Source: Acidobacteriota bacterium (GTDB lineage: Bacteria > Acidobacteriota > Vicinamibacteria > Vicinamibacterales > CAVVIG01). Taken from it: a stretch of DNA of 42,780 nt. The position numbers and the translations under genes were made by a program. The stretch covers positions 36,188-78,967 of the forward strand of contig JAHFUL010000002.1 in the NCBI GenBank assembly GCA_023265155.1, read 5' to 3'. Shown piece by piece: positions 1 through 8,793 of this stretch. The notes beneath the pieces were generated by a model. The model saw nothing but the letters and a program-made list of their open reading frames with translations. It made no database searches and was not told where the DNA came from. The first letter of the stretch is position 1. The number at the start of each line of letters is the position of its first letter.

Positions 1-1712
1 ACGGCCCTGCCGACCCCGAAGCCTTCAGGCCCGCCCGGGATGGCGAACGCCCACCTCGTCGTGGATTTGCGCTCGTCGTCTCACCGCTCATTTCTCTCAT
101 GAAAGATCAGGTGGACGGCCTGCGCGTGGACGGCGTGGACGCGGCGTATCTGAACAGCACGCTCACGTCCAGTGAACGTGACAACGTGCTCGCCAGCCTG
201 CGCGAGGATCGCTGCCGGCTCCTGTATGTCTCGCCGGAGCGGCTGGCCGGCGAAGGCAGCCAGGGCTTCCGCCGCATGCTGCAGCAGTCGGGCGTCCGTT
301 TCGTCGCCATCGACGAGGCTCACTGCATCAGCCAGTGGGGCCACGACTTCCGGCCGGAGTACCGCCAGCTCGGATGCCTCCGCGACGATTTCCCGGACGT
401 CTCGCTCCATGCCTTCACAGCGACCGCCACCGAGCGCGTCCGTCGCGACATCGTCGCGGAGCTGCGGCTGAAGAATCCGGCGCTGCTCGTCGGTTCCTTC
501 GATCGACCGAACCTCACCTATCGCGTTCTGCGGCGCAGCAACCTTCACCGTCAACTGCTGCAGATCCTGGAGAGACACGAGAAGGAGGCCGGGATCGTCT
601 ACTGCTCGTCGCGGCGCGAGGTCGAGTCGCTCGCGGAGTGGCTGCAGGGCGAGGGCCACCGTGCGGTACCGTATCACGCGGGGCTGTCAGACCACGTGCG
701 CGCGCGGCACCAGGAGGAGTTTCTCGACGAGCGTGCCGACATCGTGGTGGCGACAGTGGCGTTCGGGATGGGGATCGATCGGTCCAACGTGCGCTTCGTG
801 ATTCACGCGGGTGCGCCGCGATCGCCCGAGCACTACCAGCAGGAATCCGGGCGGGCCGGACGCGACGGGCTTCCCGCCGAATGCGTGCTGACGTACTCAG
901 GCTCCGACTTCGCGCGGTGGCGGCAGATGCTGGAGTCGAACGGCGAGCTCACCGAGAGCGCGAAAGCGCTGCTGCGCGAGATGGAGCACTATGCGTCCAG
1001 CACGCGCTGCCGGCACAGGTCGCTCGTGGAGTACTTCGGCCAGCGGTACGAGCGAACCGACTGTGCCGCGTGCGACTGGTGCCTGAAGGAGCTCGACGCG
1101 GTCCACGATTCGACGACAGTGGCGAGGAAGATCCTTTCGTGCGTGGCGCGGGTGAAGCAGACGTGGGGCATCGGGCACGTGGCGGATGTGCTCGCGGGCA
1201 AGGCGAGCGAGAAGGTGATCGCCGCGCGGCACCAGGAGCTTTCCACGTTCGGGTTGTTGAAAGACGAGTCCGTCGCAGCCATTCGCGGCTACATCGAGCA
1301 GCTCATCGGCGAGGGACTTCTGCTCCGCGACGGCGACCCCTATCCGGTGCTGCGTCTGACGGCTGCTGGTCTGTCGATGCTGAAGGGCAAAGGGGAGTGC
1401 GCGCTGTATCGCGAGGTGGCGCCGCCGAAGGTGAAGGGCGGCAAGGGACGCGGAAGGGGTCGAGAGGCGGCGCCGCTCGTCGTCGATCCCGAGTTGTTCG
1501 ACGTCCTTCGCGGCGTGCGCCTGCGCCTGGCGCGCGAACGCGGAGTCCCGCCGTACGTCATTTTTCACGACCGCTCGCTGCAGGAGATGGCGGATCGGCG
1601 CCCTCGCACAATCGACGATCTGCATGACATCTACGGAGTGGGCGTGAAGAAGGCGGCCGACTTCGGGGATGCGTTTCTGGATGCGATTCGAGAGTTTCGG
1701 CGGCCCTATTGA
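1..1712 (+). CDS. recQ: ATP-dependent DNA helicase RecQ (5' end lies outside the window)
   Basis: Frame is open from position 3. Motifs: VVSPLISLMKDQ, DEAHCISQWGHDFRPEY, ATVAFGMGID, YQQESGRAGRDG, Zn-binding CRH...CAACDWC, RQC winged helix, C-terminal HRDC (LARERGVPPYVIFHD). Confidence 0.96.
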   Translation, partial: GPADPEAFRPARDGERPPRRGFALVVSPLISLMKDQVDGLRVDGVDAAYLNSTLTSSERDNVLASLREDRCRLLYVSPERLAGEGSQGFRRMLQQSGVRFVAIDEAHCISQWGHDFRPEYRQLGCLRDDFPDVSLHAFTATATERVRRDIVAELRLKNPALLVGSFDRPNLTYRVLRRSNLHRQLLQILERHEKEAGIVYCSSRREVESLAEWLQGEGHRAVPYHAGLSDHVRARHQEEFLDERADIVVATVAFGMGIDRSNVRFVIHAGAPRSPEHYQQESGRAGRDGLPAECVLTYSGSDFARWRQMLESNGELTESAKALLREMEHYASSTRCRHRSLVEYFGQRYERTDCAACDWCLKELDAVHDSTTVARKILSCVARVKQTWGIGHVADVLAGKASEKVIAARHQELSTFGLLKDESVAAIRGYIEQLIGEGLLLRDGDPYPVLRLTAAGLSMLKGKGECALYREVAPPKVKGGKGRGRGREAAPLVVDPELFDVLRGVRLRLARERGVPPYVIFHDRSLQEMADRRPRTIDDLHDIYGVGVKKAADFGDAFLDAIREFRRPY

Positions 1713-1730
1713 ACGCGAAAGGCTCCCCGC

Positions 1731-2174
1731 CTAGTGCACCGTGTACGGCTCGTGGAGCGCGAAGGGAGCGATCTCCACGTCGAAATATCCGCCGTCCTCG
1801 TCCACCATCTGATAGGTGCCGCGCACCAGTCCCGTCGAGGTCTTCAGCGGACAGCCCGAGGTGTAGTGAAACGACTCGCCCGGCGCGAGCACCGGCTGCT
1901 CGCCGACGACCCCGGGGCCCTTCACTTCCTCCGCATGACCGCTGGCGTCGGTAATGGTCCAGTGGCGGCTGAGCAGCTGAACGGTTTCATCCCCTTCGTT
2001 CGTGATGCGAACGGTGTAGTGGAAAAACCACTGATTCTGGAACGGCTGAGAGTGCTCCGGTGCGTACTGCGACTCGACCTCGACGCGGACGTTGTTCGTA
2101 ACCGCCTCGGACGAGGACGCATGCATCTGTTGATCTCTGAACTCGGACATCAACTCCTCGCGCCGGGAAGACAT
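1731..2174 (-). CDS. apaG: ApaG domain protein
   Basis: YTVRITN, QLLSRHWTITD, VKGPGVVGEQPVL, YTSGCPL, GTYQM are ApaG hallmarks. Confidence 0.93.
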   Translation of the reverse strand: MSSRREELMSEFRDQQMHASSSEAVTNNVRVEVESQYAPEHSQPFQNQWFFHYTVRITNEGDETVQLLSRHWTITDASGHAEEVKGPGVVGEQPVLAPGESFHYTSGCPLKTSTGLVRGTYQMVDEDGGYFDVEIAPFALHEPYTVH

Positions 2175-2232
2175 GTCAATGATACCAGCCTTTGGCTGGC
2201 TGATGGAGAGTGCCCGACGCTAGTATGGGTAC

Positions 2233-4305
2233 GTGCAGCGCGTGGAACCCGTGCGGTTCAAATCGGGCGCCCCTGATGGCGTGGGAATTCCTGTGAACCC
2301 CGCGAGCTCCGTGAACCCCTCGAATGGCGTGAGCCCCTCGAGCTCGGTGAACCCCGCGAACCTCGTGAGAGGTAAAGCCCTGATTTTCTGGGACCTGAAG
2401 GTTCCCGGGAAACGGAAGAAGCTCGACGCCATCGATACCGATCAAATCACCCCCGCCAGCGACTGCGTGTCCGAAAGCCTCGACGCGCTGGACGCGCGCT
2501 GGAAGGCGGGAGCCTTCCGCTACCTGATGCCCGATTTCCGCGCCCGCGTCCATCGCGGCGAAACCTTTCTCGTCGCCGGCGACCGCTTCGCCATCGGATC
2601 CTCACGGGAAATGAGTCCGGCCGGGCTGAAAGCTGTCGCCGAAGAAGTCGGCCTGCAGATGGTCATCGTCTGCGGCCAGAACATGGGCGACATCTTCCGC
2701 CGCAACGCGTTCAACCTGGGACTCGAGGTCGTGCAAAGCCCCGAGGCTGTCGCGGACGCACGCGACGGCGACGCGTTCAGTTTCGATCCGTCGTCGCGCC
2801 GTCTGACGAACGAGGCGCAAGGCAGGACCTACGATCCGTTGCCCCTGACGCCCAAGGAAGACGAGATCCGACGGAGTGGCGGCATCGTCACGATGGGCCG
2901 GCGCGAGCTCCGCGCCTCGATCTCCCGCGTTCCGGTCGTGGAATGGCCCCGCGCAGACGAGGCGCGCCACATGACGTCGACCGAGCAGGTGATCTGGGCG
3001 CATCGCATGAGCAAAGACGCTGGGGTGACGCCCGGCGCGACGCTGGCCGTGTACGCGGATCTGCTGCCCGCATCCGACGGGACCGCGCCGTTTGCGATTC
3101 ACACATTCAATCAGATCACCGGCGGAGACGTCATCTTTCCGAGGCAGGCGGCGATCGCGAACGACCACTTCGTGTTCACGGGAAAGGCAGCTGACGACAA
3201 GCAGACGAACATCGGGCGCGCATTCGCGGTCCTGCACGGGATCGAAAAGCCGTACTACGCGACGCCGGGTGACGGCATCTTTCACTTCTACTTTCCGGAG
3301 CAGGGCTTGATCCTGCCCGGGCAGTTCGTGCCGGGCGCGGATTCGCACAGCCGCGCGTACGGCGCATACGGAGCGGTCGGCATCGGTGTCGGATCGACGA
3401 CGCTGGGGTTTGGATGGTCGACGGGCTACATCTACGCCACGGTGCCGCGGTCGCGACGTGTGACGTTCCGCGGCGCCCTGCAACCCTGGGTGAGCGGCAA
3501 GGACATCGTCCTCGAGTTGCTGCGGCGATGGGGCGCGGCGCAGGCGCAGGGGATGTCCGTGGAGCTGGTCGACGCGGGCCGTCAACTGCCGATGGGGTAT
3601 CGCAACACCATCGCGAACATGATGGCGGAGGCCGAGGCGTTCAACGGGATCTTCGCGCCCGACGAGGTCACGGCCGCGTGGTACCAGGCGAGGGGATTTC
3701 TGGATCTCCCATACCCGCGGTTCGGCCCCGGCGCTGACGCCGCGTACGAAATCGATGAGGCGATCGAGCTCACCGGCGTCCGCCCGATGATCGCACGCCC
3801 ATTCAGTCCTGGAAACGCGTGCGAGGCGGAAGAGATCGCCCGTGAGCGCATCACGTTCGACAAGGCGATGATCGGGTCGTGCACCAATGGCAGCTACGGG
3901 GACCTGCTGAGCGCGGCACTCGTCATTCGCGCCGCCGCCGGCGGGAGCCCGATGAAGGCCGCAAAGCCACTCGTGATCTTCCCGGGCTCGGGCAACGTCG
4001 CCCGGCAGATCGAGCGGCCCGACGCCCGGCTAGGCGGCGAGTCGATCGCGCAGGTCTTTCGAAGCGTCGGCGGCCAGATTCGCGAGTCCTGGTGCGGACC
4101 CTGCTTTGGCCAGGGCCCCGACGCTCTTCATCGCGGAGAACGAGCGATCACATCGTTCAACCGCAACTGGCAGAACCGGATGGGCATCGGCGGCGAGGGT
4201 TATCTCGCGAGCCCCGCCGTCGTGGCCGCGTCCGCGCTCGTGGGCTATATGGCCCCGCCGAGCGAGCTCGGCCTCGAGTGGAATCCCGAGGTGTTCGGTG
4301 TCTGA
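2233..4305 (+). CDS. Aconitase-family hydro-lyase with N-terminal swivel (LeuD-like) domain fused to a LeuC/HacA-like 4Fe-4S catalytic domain
   Basis: Swivel motifs [16 protein letters not shown] and [11 protein letters not shown]. Large-subunit motifs NDH, GIFH, GADSH, TIANM, GSCTNG, CGPCFG (three Fe-S Cys), NRN and YLASP. Confidence 0.88.
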   Translation: MQRVEPVRFKSGAPDGVGIPVNPASSVNPSNGVSPSSSVNPANLVRGKALIFWDLKVPGKRKKLDAIDTDQITPASDCVSESLDALDARWKAGAFRYLMPDFRARVHRGETFLVAGDRFAIGSSREMSPAGLKAVAEEVGLQMVIVCGQNMGDIFRRNAFNLGLEVVQSPEAVADARDGDAFSFDPSSRRLTNEAQGRTYDPLPLTPKEDEIRRSGGIVTMGRRELRASISRVPVVEWPRADEARHMTSTEQVIWAHRMSKDAGVTPGATLAVYADLLPASDGTAPFAIHTFNQITGGDVIFPRQAAIANDHFVFTGKAADDKQTNIGRAFAVLHGIEKPYYATPGDGIFHFYFPEQGLILPGQFVPGADSHSRAYGAYGAVGIGVGSTTLGFGWSTGYIYATVPRSRRVTFRGALQPWVSGKDIVLELLRRWGAAQAQGMSVELVDAGRQLPMGYRNTIANMMAEAEAFNGIFAPDEVTAAWYQARGFLDLPYPRFGPGADAAYEIDEAIELTGVRPMIARPFSPGNACEAEEIARERITFDKAMIGSCTNGSYGDLLSAALVIRAAAGGSPMKAAKPLVIFPGSGNVARQIERPDARLGGESIAQVFRSVGGQIRESWCGPCFGQGPDALHRGERAITSFNRNWQNRMGIGGEGYLASPAVVAASALVGYMAPPSELGLEWNPEVFGV
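2293..2368 (+). repeat. In-frame 9-bp tandem repeat (GTGAACCCC/GCGAACCTC type), about 8 units
   Basis: gtgaacccc gcgagctcc gtgaacccc tcgaatggc gtgagcccc tcgagctcg gtgaacccc gcgaacctc; encodes [24 protein letters not shown]. Confidence 0.85.
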
Positions 4306-4711
4306 ATCTTCGCGCGATTCATTGCGTGCCATTGCGGCCGCCGTCGGCATTCCAGTGGCGCGGCGTCACATGTTTCTCTGCTGCGATCAGACGACCCCGC
4401 AATGCTGCGAGAAGGAGCGGGGTCTCGAGGCGTGGGAGTTTCTGAAACGCCGCCTGAAGGAGCTGAATCTCTCGGAGCAGGGAGGCATTCTCCGCAGCAA
4501 GGCAAACTGCCTGCGAATCTGCGAGGGTGGCCCGATTGCCGTCGTGTATCCGGAAGGCGCGTGGTATGGCTCCTGCGATCCGCCCGCACTCGAGCGGATC
4601 ATCCAGGAACATCTGATCGGCGGCCGCGTCGTGCACGCGCTCCTCATCGTCGAGCGGCCGCTCGGGTGGTTTGTCCCCAGCGAAAAGGGACCCGGTGCTG
4701 GCGGGCGTTGA
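4298..4711 (+). CDS. Thioredoxin-like [2Fe-2S] ferredoxin
   Basis: RHMFLCC...[35 protein letters not shown]. The GTG at 4298 overlaps the end of the upstream gene. Confidence 0.9.
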   Translation: MSESSRDSLRAIAAAVGIPVARRHMFLCCDQTTPQCCEKERGLEAWEFLKRRLKELNLSEQGGILRSKANCLRICEGGPIAVVYPEGAWYGSCDPPALERIIQEHLIGGRVVHALLIVERPLGWFVPSEKGPGAGGR

Positions 4712-4750
4712 CACAGACACGATCATAGTATTATAAATATATGATATAGT
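4708..4750 (+). promoter_or_regulatory. AT-rich sigma70-type promoter/operator region of the TA operon
   Basis: TTGACA at 4708-4713 followed by TATTATAAAT. A second TATAGT at 4745-4750 lies 6 nt before the ATG. Confidence 0.65.
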
Positions 4751-4756
4751 ATATGT

Positions 4757-5092
4757 ATGAAGACTGCTATTTCGGTCACGCTGAAGGAGGACAACGTCAG
4801 CTGGTTGAAGGGCCGGGCCCGGACCGCGGGGCTCCGGAGCGTGAGTGAGCTGATCGATCGGCTCGTGTCGCAGGCCCGTACCTCCGGCCACGACGGCACG
4901 CGGCGCTCTGTCGTCGGGACCGTTGATATCGAGCCCTCGGATCCGCTGCTGAAGGAAGCCGACGAGGCGATCCGAGCGATGTTCGATGCGTCGCTGGCGC
5001 GACCCAGTCGCGTAAAGGAACAGAGCGACGCGTACGGCGGCCAGCCGGCGAAGGCGATCACGCCGGCAAGAAAGCGGCCGCCGCGTGGCTGA
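4757..5092 (+). CDS. Putative antitoxin, ribbon-helix-helix-like N-terminus
   Basis: MKTAISVTL (beta strand), a helix, then SVSELIDRLV. Overlaps the downstream PIN gene. Confidence 0.72.
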   Translation: MKTAISVTLKEDNVSWLKGRARTAGLRSVSELIDRLVSQARTSGHDGTRRSVVGTVDIEPSDPLLKEADEAIRAMFDASLARPSRVKEQSDAYGGQPAKAITPARKRPPRG

Positions 5093-5486
5093 CGCCGCCG
5101 TCACGGACACGCACGCGCTGGTGTTCCACGCGGCTGCCAGCGGGAAACTGGGCCCGAAGGCGGCCGCGTTCTTCAAGCGCTGCGAAGAAGGGCAGGCGTC
5201 GCTCTACGTGCCAGCGGCGGTCATCTGGGAGTGCAGCCTTCTCGCACGGGTCTCGCGCATCAACCTGCGCCGCACGGTGCGCGCGTTTTTCGACGACCTG
5301 TTCAGCAATCCGGCTTACCAGCCGCTGGACCTCAGCGTCGAGCAGGTGTACGCGGCTGACGAGCTTCGGTTCAGCCGCGACCCCTTCGACGCCCTCATCT
5401 GTGCCGCCGCGCGCACGATGAAGCTGCCCCTCATTACTCGCGACGCGGAGATCCGCGGCTCGGGCGCCGTGACGGTCATCTGGTGA
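5085..5486 (+). CDS. vapC: PIN-domain toxin, VapC family
   Basis: Acidic tetrad in TDTHAL, IWECS, RDPFDALI and LITRD; 133 aa. Confidence 0.88.
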   Translation: MADAAVTDTHALVFHAAASGKLGPKAAAFFKRCEEGQASLYVPAAVIWECSLLARVSRINLRRTVRAFFDDLFSNPAYQPLDLSVEQVYAADELRFSRDPFDALICAAARTMKLPLITRDAEIRGSGAVTVIW

Positions 5487-5508
5487 GATGTCGCGGCACG
5501 CTGGAGCC

Positions 5509-6207
5509 ATGAGTCGTCCGATCCGCGTACAAGTGGTTCCAACGTCGACGCACGGGCGCTTTCTGGTTCGTGAGCCGGTCCAATCGCGGTCTGCGCCCAT
5601 GCTTGTCGGGTTCCACGGCTATTCGGAGACCGCGGAGGCGCAAATGGATCGGCTCGCCTCCATTCCTGGAGCCGATCGCTGGATGCTCGTCTCGATTCAA
5701 GGATTGAATCGCTTTTATCGCGGCCGCACCGAGGACGTCGTGGCCAGCTGGATGACCCGCCAGGATCGCGAGCTGACGATGGCCGACAATACGGCCTACG
5801 TGTCGGCGGTGGTGGAATCGGTTGCGAAAGCGTCGGATGCAACCGCGCTCGTGTTCGCCGGCTTCTCACAGGGCGCCGCAATGGCGTTCCGCGCGGCCTG
5901 TTCGTCGTCGCGGCGCGTCTGGGGCGTGGTCGTGCTGGGCGGCGATGTGCCTCCGGAGCTCGATCGCGATGTGCTGTCGCGGGTTTCGCACGTGCTGCTC
6001 GGGCGTGGTGAGCGCGACGAGTGGTATTCCAGCGCGAAGCGGGCGGTCGACATCGCCCGTCTCCAGGAGGCGGGCGTGAACCTGGAAGCGCCCTTGCTCG
6101 ATGCCGGGCACGCATGGACCGAGACGTTCAGCCGCGCAGCAGGTGTGTTTCTCGAGCGGCTCGCGCCTACTTCTCCAGCGCCTCCCGAGCCTCCGCGTCA
6201 GTCTTGA
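5509..6207 (+). CDS. Alpha/beta hydrolase (phospholipase/carboxylesterase family)
   Basis: GFHGY, nucleophile GFSQG, GERDEW and AGH catalytic triad pattern. GGAG upstream of the ATG at 5509. Confidence 0.88.
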   Translation: MSRPIRVQVVPTSTHGRFLVREPVQSRSAPMLVGFHGYSETAEAQMDRLASIPGADRWMLVSIQGLNRFYRGRTEDVVASWMTRQDRELTMADNTAYVSAVVESVAKASDATALVFAGFSQGAAMAFRAACSSSRRVWGVVVLGGDVPPELDRDVLSRVSHVLLGRGERDEWYSSAKRAVDIARLQEAGVNLEAPLLDAGHAWTETFSRAAGVFLERLAPTSPAPPEPPRQS

Positions 6208-6736
6208 GGTTGTTGGTCACCTGGCCGGCTCCAGCCTGCATGGCCAGCGATTGCGCGAGCTTGCGGTCGAGGTCACTGTGGACGATGCCGGCAAGTGTGA
6301 CGCGATTCCCCTCGACGATGATGTGAATGGGCGGGTTCCTGAGCGTCGAGTACGCCCAGAAGTTGGAGTCCCCGTAAATAGTATTGCCGATTCTTACCCG
6401 GAGCTCCTCGTTGAACTTCGAAGGCGGCAGCACCTCGATCTGGTTCCGGACACTACTGACACCCTTGATCTTCGTGACCCGCTTCTCGATCTCGTTGCGC
6501 TTGGACGGCAGGGTGACTTTGCCCGTCAACGTGGCGACTCCATCCTTCACATTGACCGTCACATCGTCGAAGATGCCGTACTGATCGTAGGTCGTAACGG
6601 TCGAGAGAATCTCGAGCGCGATTTGGAAGTCTTTCCGCGGCTGCTGCGCCTCTACCGCGATCGAGCTCCGCGCCAACAACGTCCACGCGGCCAGCAGGAG
6701 GCCAAGTGTCAGTCCGGTCCTTCTCATCCTGTCCAT
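6167..6736 (-). CDS. Secreted dual BON-domain protein (OsmY/DolP-like)
   Basis: Signal peptide, then two BON repeats: VKDGVATLTGKV...GVSSVRNQIEV and VEGNRVTLAGIV...VTNNL. Start is 6736 or 6727. Confidence 0.88.
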   Translation of the reverse strand: MDRMRRTGLTLGLLLAAWTLLARSSIAVEAQQPRKDFQIALEILSTVTTYDQYGIFDDVTVNVKDGVATLTGKVTLPSKRNEIEKRVTKIKGVSSVRNQIEVLPPSKFNEELRVRIGNTIYGDSNFWAYSTLRNPPIHIIVEGNRVTLAGIVHSDLDRKLAQSLAMQAGAGQVTNNLKTDAEAREALEK

Positions 6737-6776
6737 CCTACAACTCCCCGAAGTTTGCCTAAACCGCAATCTTGCG

Positions 6777-6792
6777 GGCAAATGAGGTGCCA
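6777..6792 (-). promoter_or_regulatory. Sigma54 (-24/-12) promoter upstream of the BON gene
   Basis: Minus strand reads TGGCAC-CTCAT-TTGCC, an exact TGGCAC-N5-TTGC match about 40 nt upstream of the start. Confidence 0.8.
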
Positions 6793-6899
6793 GGGCGCTG
6801 GCTGGGAATGGTCAGCGAACGGGAGGCGAGCAGAGAGGCGGGCGGGGCCGTATGTCCTGTCGCGAGGACGCGAAATCGGCAGGAGGGCGTTGGCGGCGG

Positions 6900-8039
6900 T
6901 CAGGAGCCGGTGGCGAAGGCCCTCCCGAGACCATAGGTGATAGCCGCCTCGAGGATTCCGACGATGGTCATTTCGGTGCCGCTGGCCCACCACGACCGGG
7001 TGGTCACGAGCGACTTGGCGGCGCCCACCGCGAAGTGCGCTAGGGTGCTGATCACGAATGACGCGATCACGGCTGGCATCCCCACCGCAAAGAAGAACGG
7101 GATGATGGGAATGAAGCCGCCGATCGCGGTTGAGACGCCCGCGGAAAGCGTGGCCTTCAGCGGATTGGGAAAGTTTTCCTCTGCCAGACCCAGCTCTTCG
7201 TGAACGAGCGTGCGCAGGAACTGTTTGGGCTCCTTCTGAATCTTCTCGGCCATGGAACGCGCTTCCTCGGCGGAGAAGCCCTTGAGCTGATAGAAGAGCT
7301 CCAGCTCCAGGAGCTCTTCGTGAGGATCTTCTTCGATCTCGGCGCGCTCGCGGGCGACCTCGGACTCGTACACCTCGCGTTCGGACTTGGAGGCCAGATA
7401 GGCGCCGGCTCCCATCGACAACGCGCTCGCCATGGTGCCGGCCAGGCCAGCCGCGAGCACCACTTCGCTGCCGCCCGTATAACCGGCCATACCCGAGACG
7501 ATGCCGAACACGGCGCCGAGGCCGTCGTTGACGCCATAAATCGCGCTGCCGATCCAGCCGGTGCCGCGCACATGCCAGCGCTCGCGTTTGAGAAGCGCGT
7601 CGAGCGCCGATCGGGGGGTCGGCATGGAGCCGCCGGCAAGCGTCCGAAGCACCACCGCATGGTCGCGCTCCTCGAACATCGCCTCCTCGGCGATTTGGCG
7701 ATCGGCCGGATCGGTCAGCCTCGCCATCAGGTGGTTGTACTCGGCTTCGGCTCTGTTCTCCTCCTGTTCGAGGCGGTGGAGGACAACGTTCTGGTCCGAA
7801 ATCCGCTGGAACCACGTGAGACCGCTCTCCACCGCCGTCCGATCCGGCGCGTGGCCCGTGGCGAGCGCGATTCGTTCGGACCAGCGCGCTGCGTGCTTGT
7901 CCTCCTGGTCGGCGAGGCGGAGGAGAATGTTCTTCCGCTGCTGATCGGGTTCCCGCCCGGCGAGATGCCGATATGTGGTCGCGGCTTCGACTTCGCGCCG
8001 CCACATTTTCTCGACAGTGGCGAGGTTGTGTTTGTCCAC
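6900..8039 (-). CDS. Ferritin/rubrerythrin-like domain fused to VIT1/CCC1 transporter (MbfA-like metal exporter)
   Basis: N-terminal E..Y, EDKH, EE..Y and EERDH di-iron pattern. VIT1 motifs IYGVNDGL, ASALSMGAGAYL and HEELG. The GTG at 8039 overlaps the ZIP stop (TAGTG). Confidence 0.88.
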   Translation of the reverse strand: MDKHNLATVEKMWRREVEAATTYRHLAGREPDQQRKNILLRLADQEDKHAARWSERIALATGHAPDRTAVESGLTWFQRISDQNVVLHRLEQEENRAEAEYNHLMARLTDPADRQIAEEAMFEERDHAVVLRTLAGGSMPTPRSALDALLKRERWHVRGTGWIGSAIYGVNDGLGAVFGIVSGMAGYTGGSEVVLAAGLAGTMASALSMGAGAYLASKSEREVYESEVARERAEIEEDPHEELLELELFYQLKGFSAEEARSMAEKIQKEPKQFLRTLVHEELGLAEENFPNPLKATLSAGVSTAIGGFIPIIPFFFAVGMPAVIASFVISTLAHFAVGAAKSLVTTRSWWASGTEMTIVGILEAAITYGLGRAFATGS

Positions 8040-8785
8040 TATCCAATGAACCTTTCGCACACGACGATGGTGATCACGCCCGCGCCGATGAGCGCCACCT
8101 GCCGTACACCGCTGTTGTCGAGCTGACCGCGGTGCAGATCGGGAATCAGGTCCGACATGGCGATGTACATCAGACTTGCCGCGGAGAACGCCAGGACGTA
8201 GGGGCGAATGCCTGGCACGAGGTCCACCGCCGCGTACGCGATGAGCGCGCCGGCGATCCCCGACGCGCCGGACGCGATATTGAGGATCAAGGCGCGCTTG
8301 CGGCTGTAGCCGGAAGCGAGCAGGATGGCGACGTCGCCAATCTCCTGCGGGATCTCGTGCGCGGCAACGGCGATCGCCGTGCTGATGCCGAGCGGCACAG
8401 ACGTCAGGACCGCCGTACAGACGAGCGCGCCGTCCAGAAAGTTGTGAAACGCGTCGCCCAGAATGACGAGGGGCGCCGCGGCGCCGTGCACGTGGCAATC
8501 ATCGGTGTGGCAGTGCCGCAGGAGCACGAGTTTCTCGAGGACGAAGAACGCGAGAATGCCGGCGAGCAGCGTCGCAAAGACCGGGACGGGCTGCAGCGTG
8601 GCGAGCGCCTCCGGGAGCAGTGCGAGCAGTGCCACGCCAAGCAGGGCTCCGACCGCATAGCTGACCAGCCACGGCACGATCCGGCCGCGCACGTCGTCGT
8701 TGAAGAGCAACAGGCCGGACGCGACGAGCAGACCGCCACCGCTGCCCAGGAGGCTGAGCCCGAGAGCGGTCGCGAGGAGTGGCAC
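8039..8785 (-). CDS. ZIP-family metal (Zn/Fe/Mn) transporter
   Basis: GDAFHNFLDG, HEIPQEIGD, His-rich loop HCHTDDCHVH, and multiple TM segments. Confidence 0.93.
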   Translation of the reverse strand: MPLLATALGLSLLGSGGGLLVASGLLLFNDDVRGRIVPWLVSYAVGALLGVALLALLPEALATLQPVPVFATLLAGILAFFVLEKLVLLRHCHTDDCHVHGAAAPLVILGDAFHNFLDGALVCTAVLTSVPLGISTAIAVAAHEIPQEIGDVAILLASGYSRKRALILNIASGASGIAGALIAYAAVDLVPGIRPYVLAFSAASLMYIAMSDLIPDLHRGQLDNSGVRQVALIGAGVITIVVCERFIG

Positions 8786-8793
8786 GCCGTATT

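Noticed and set aside
8040-8498. N-terminal extension of the VIT1 fusion
   Set aside because: It overlaps the ZIP gene in another frame; the coupled GTG at 8039 is more plausible.
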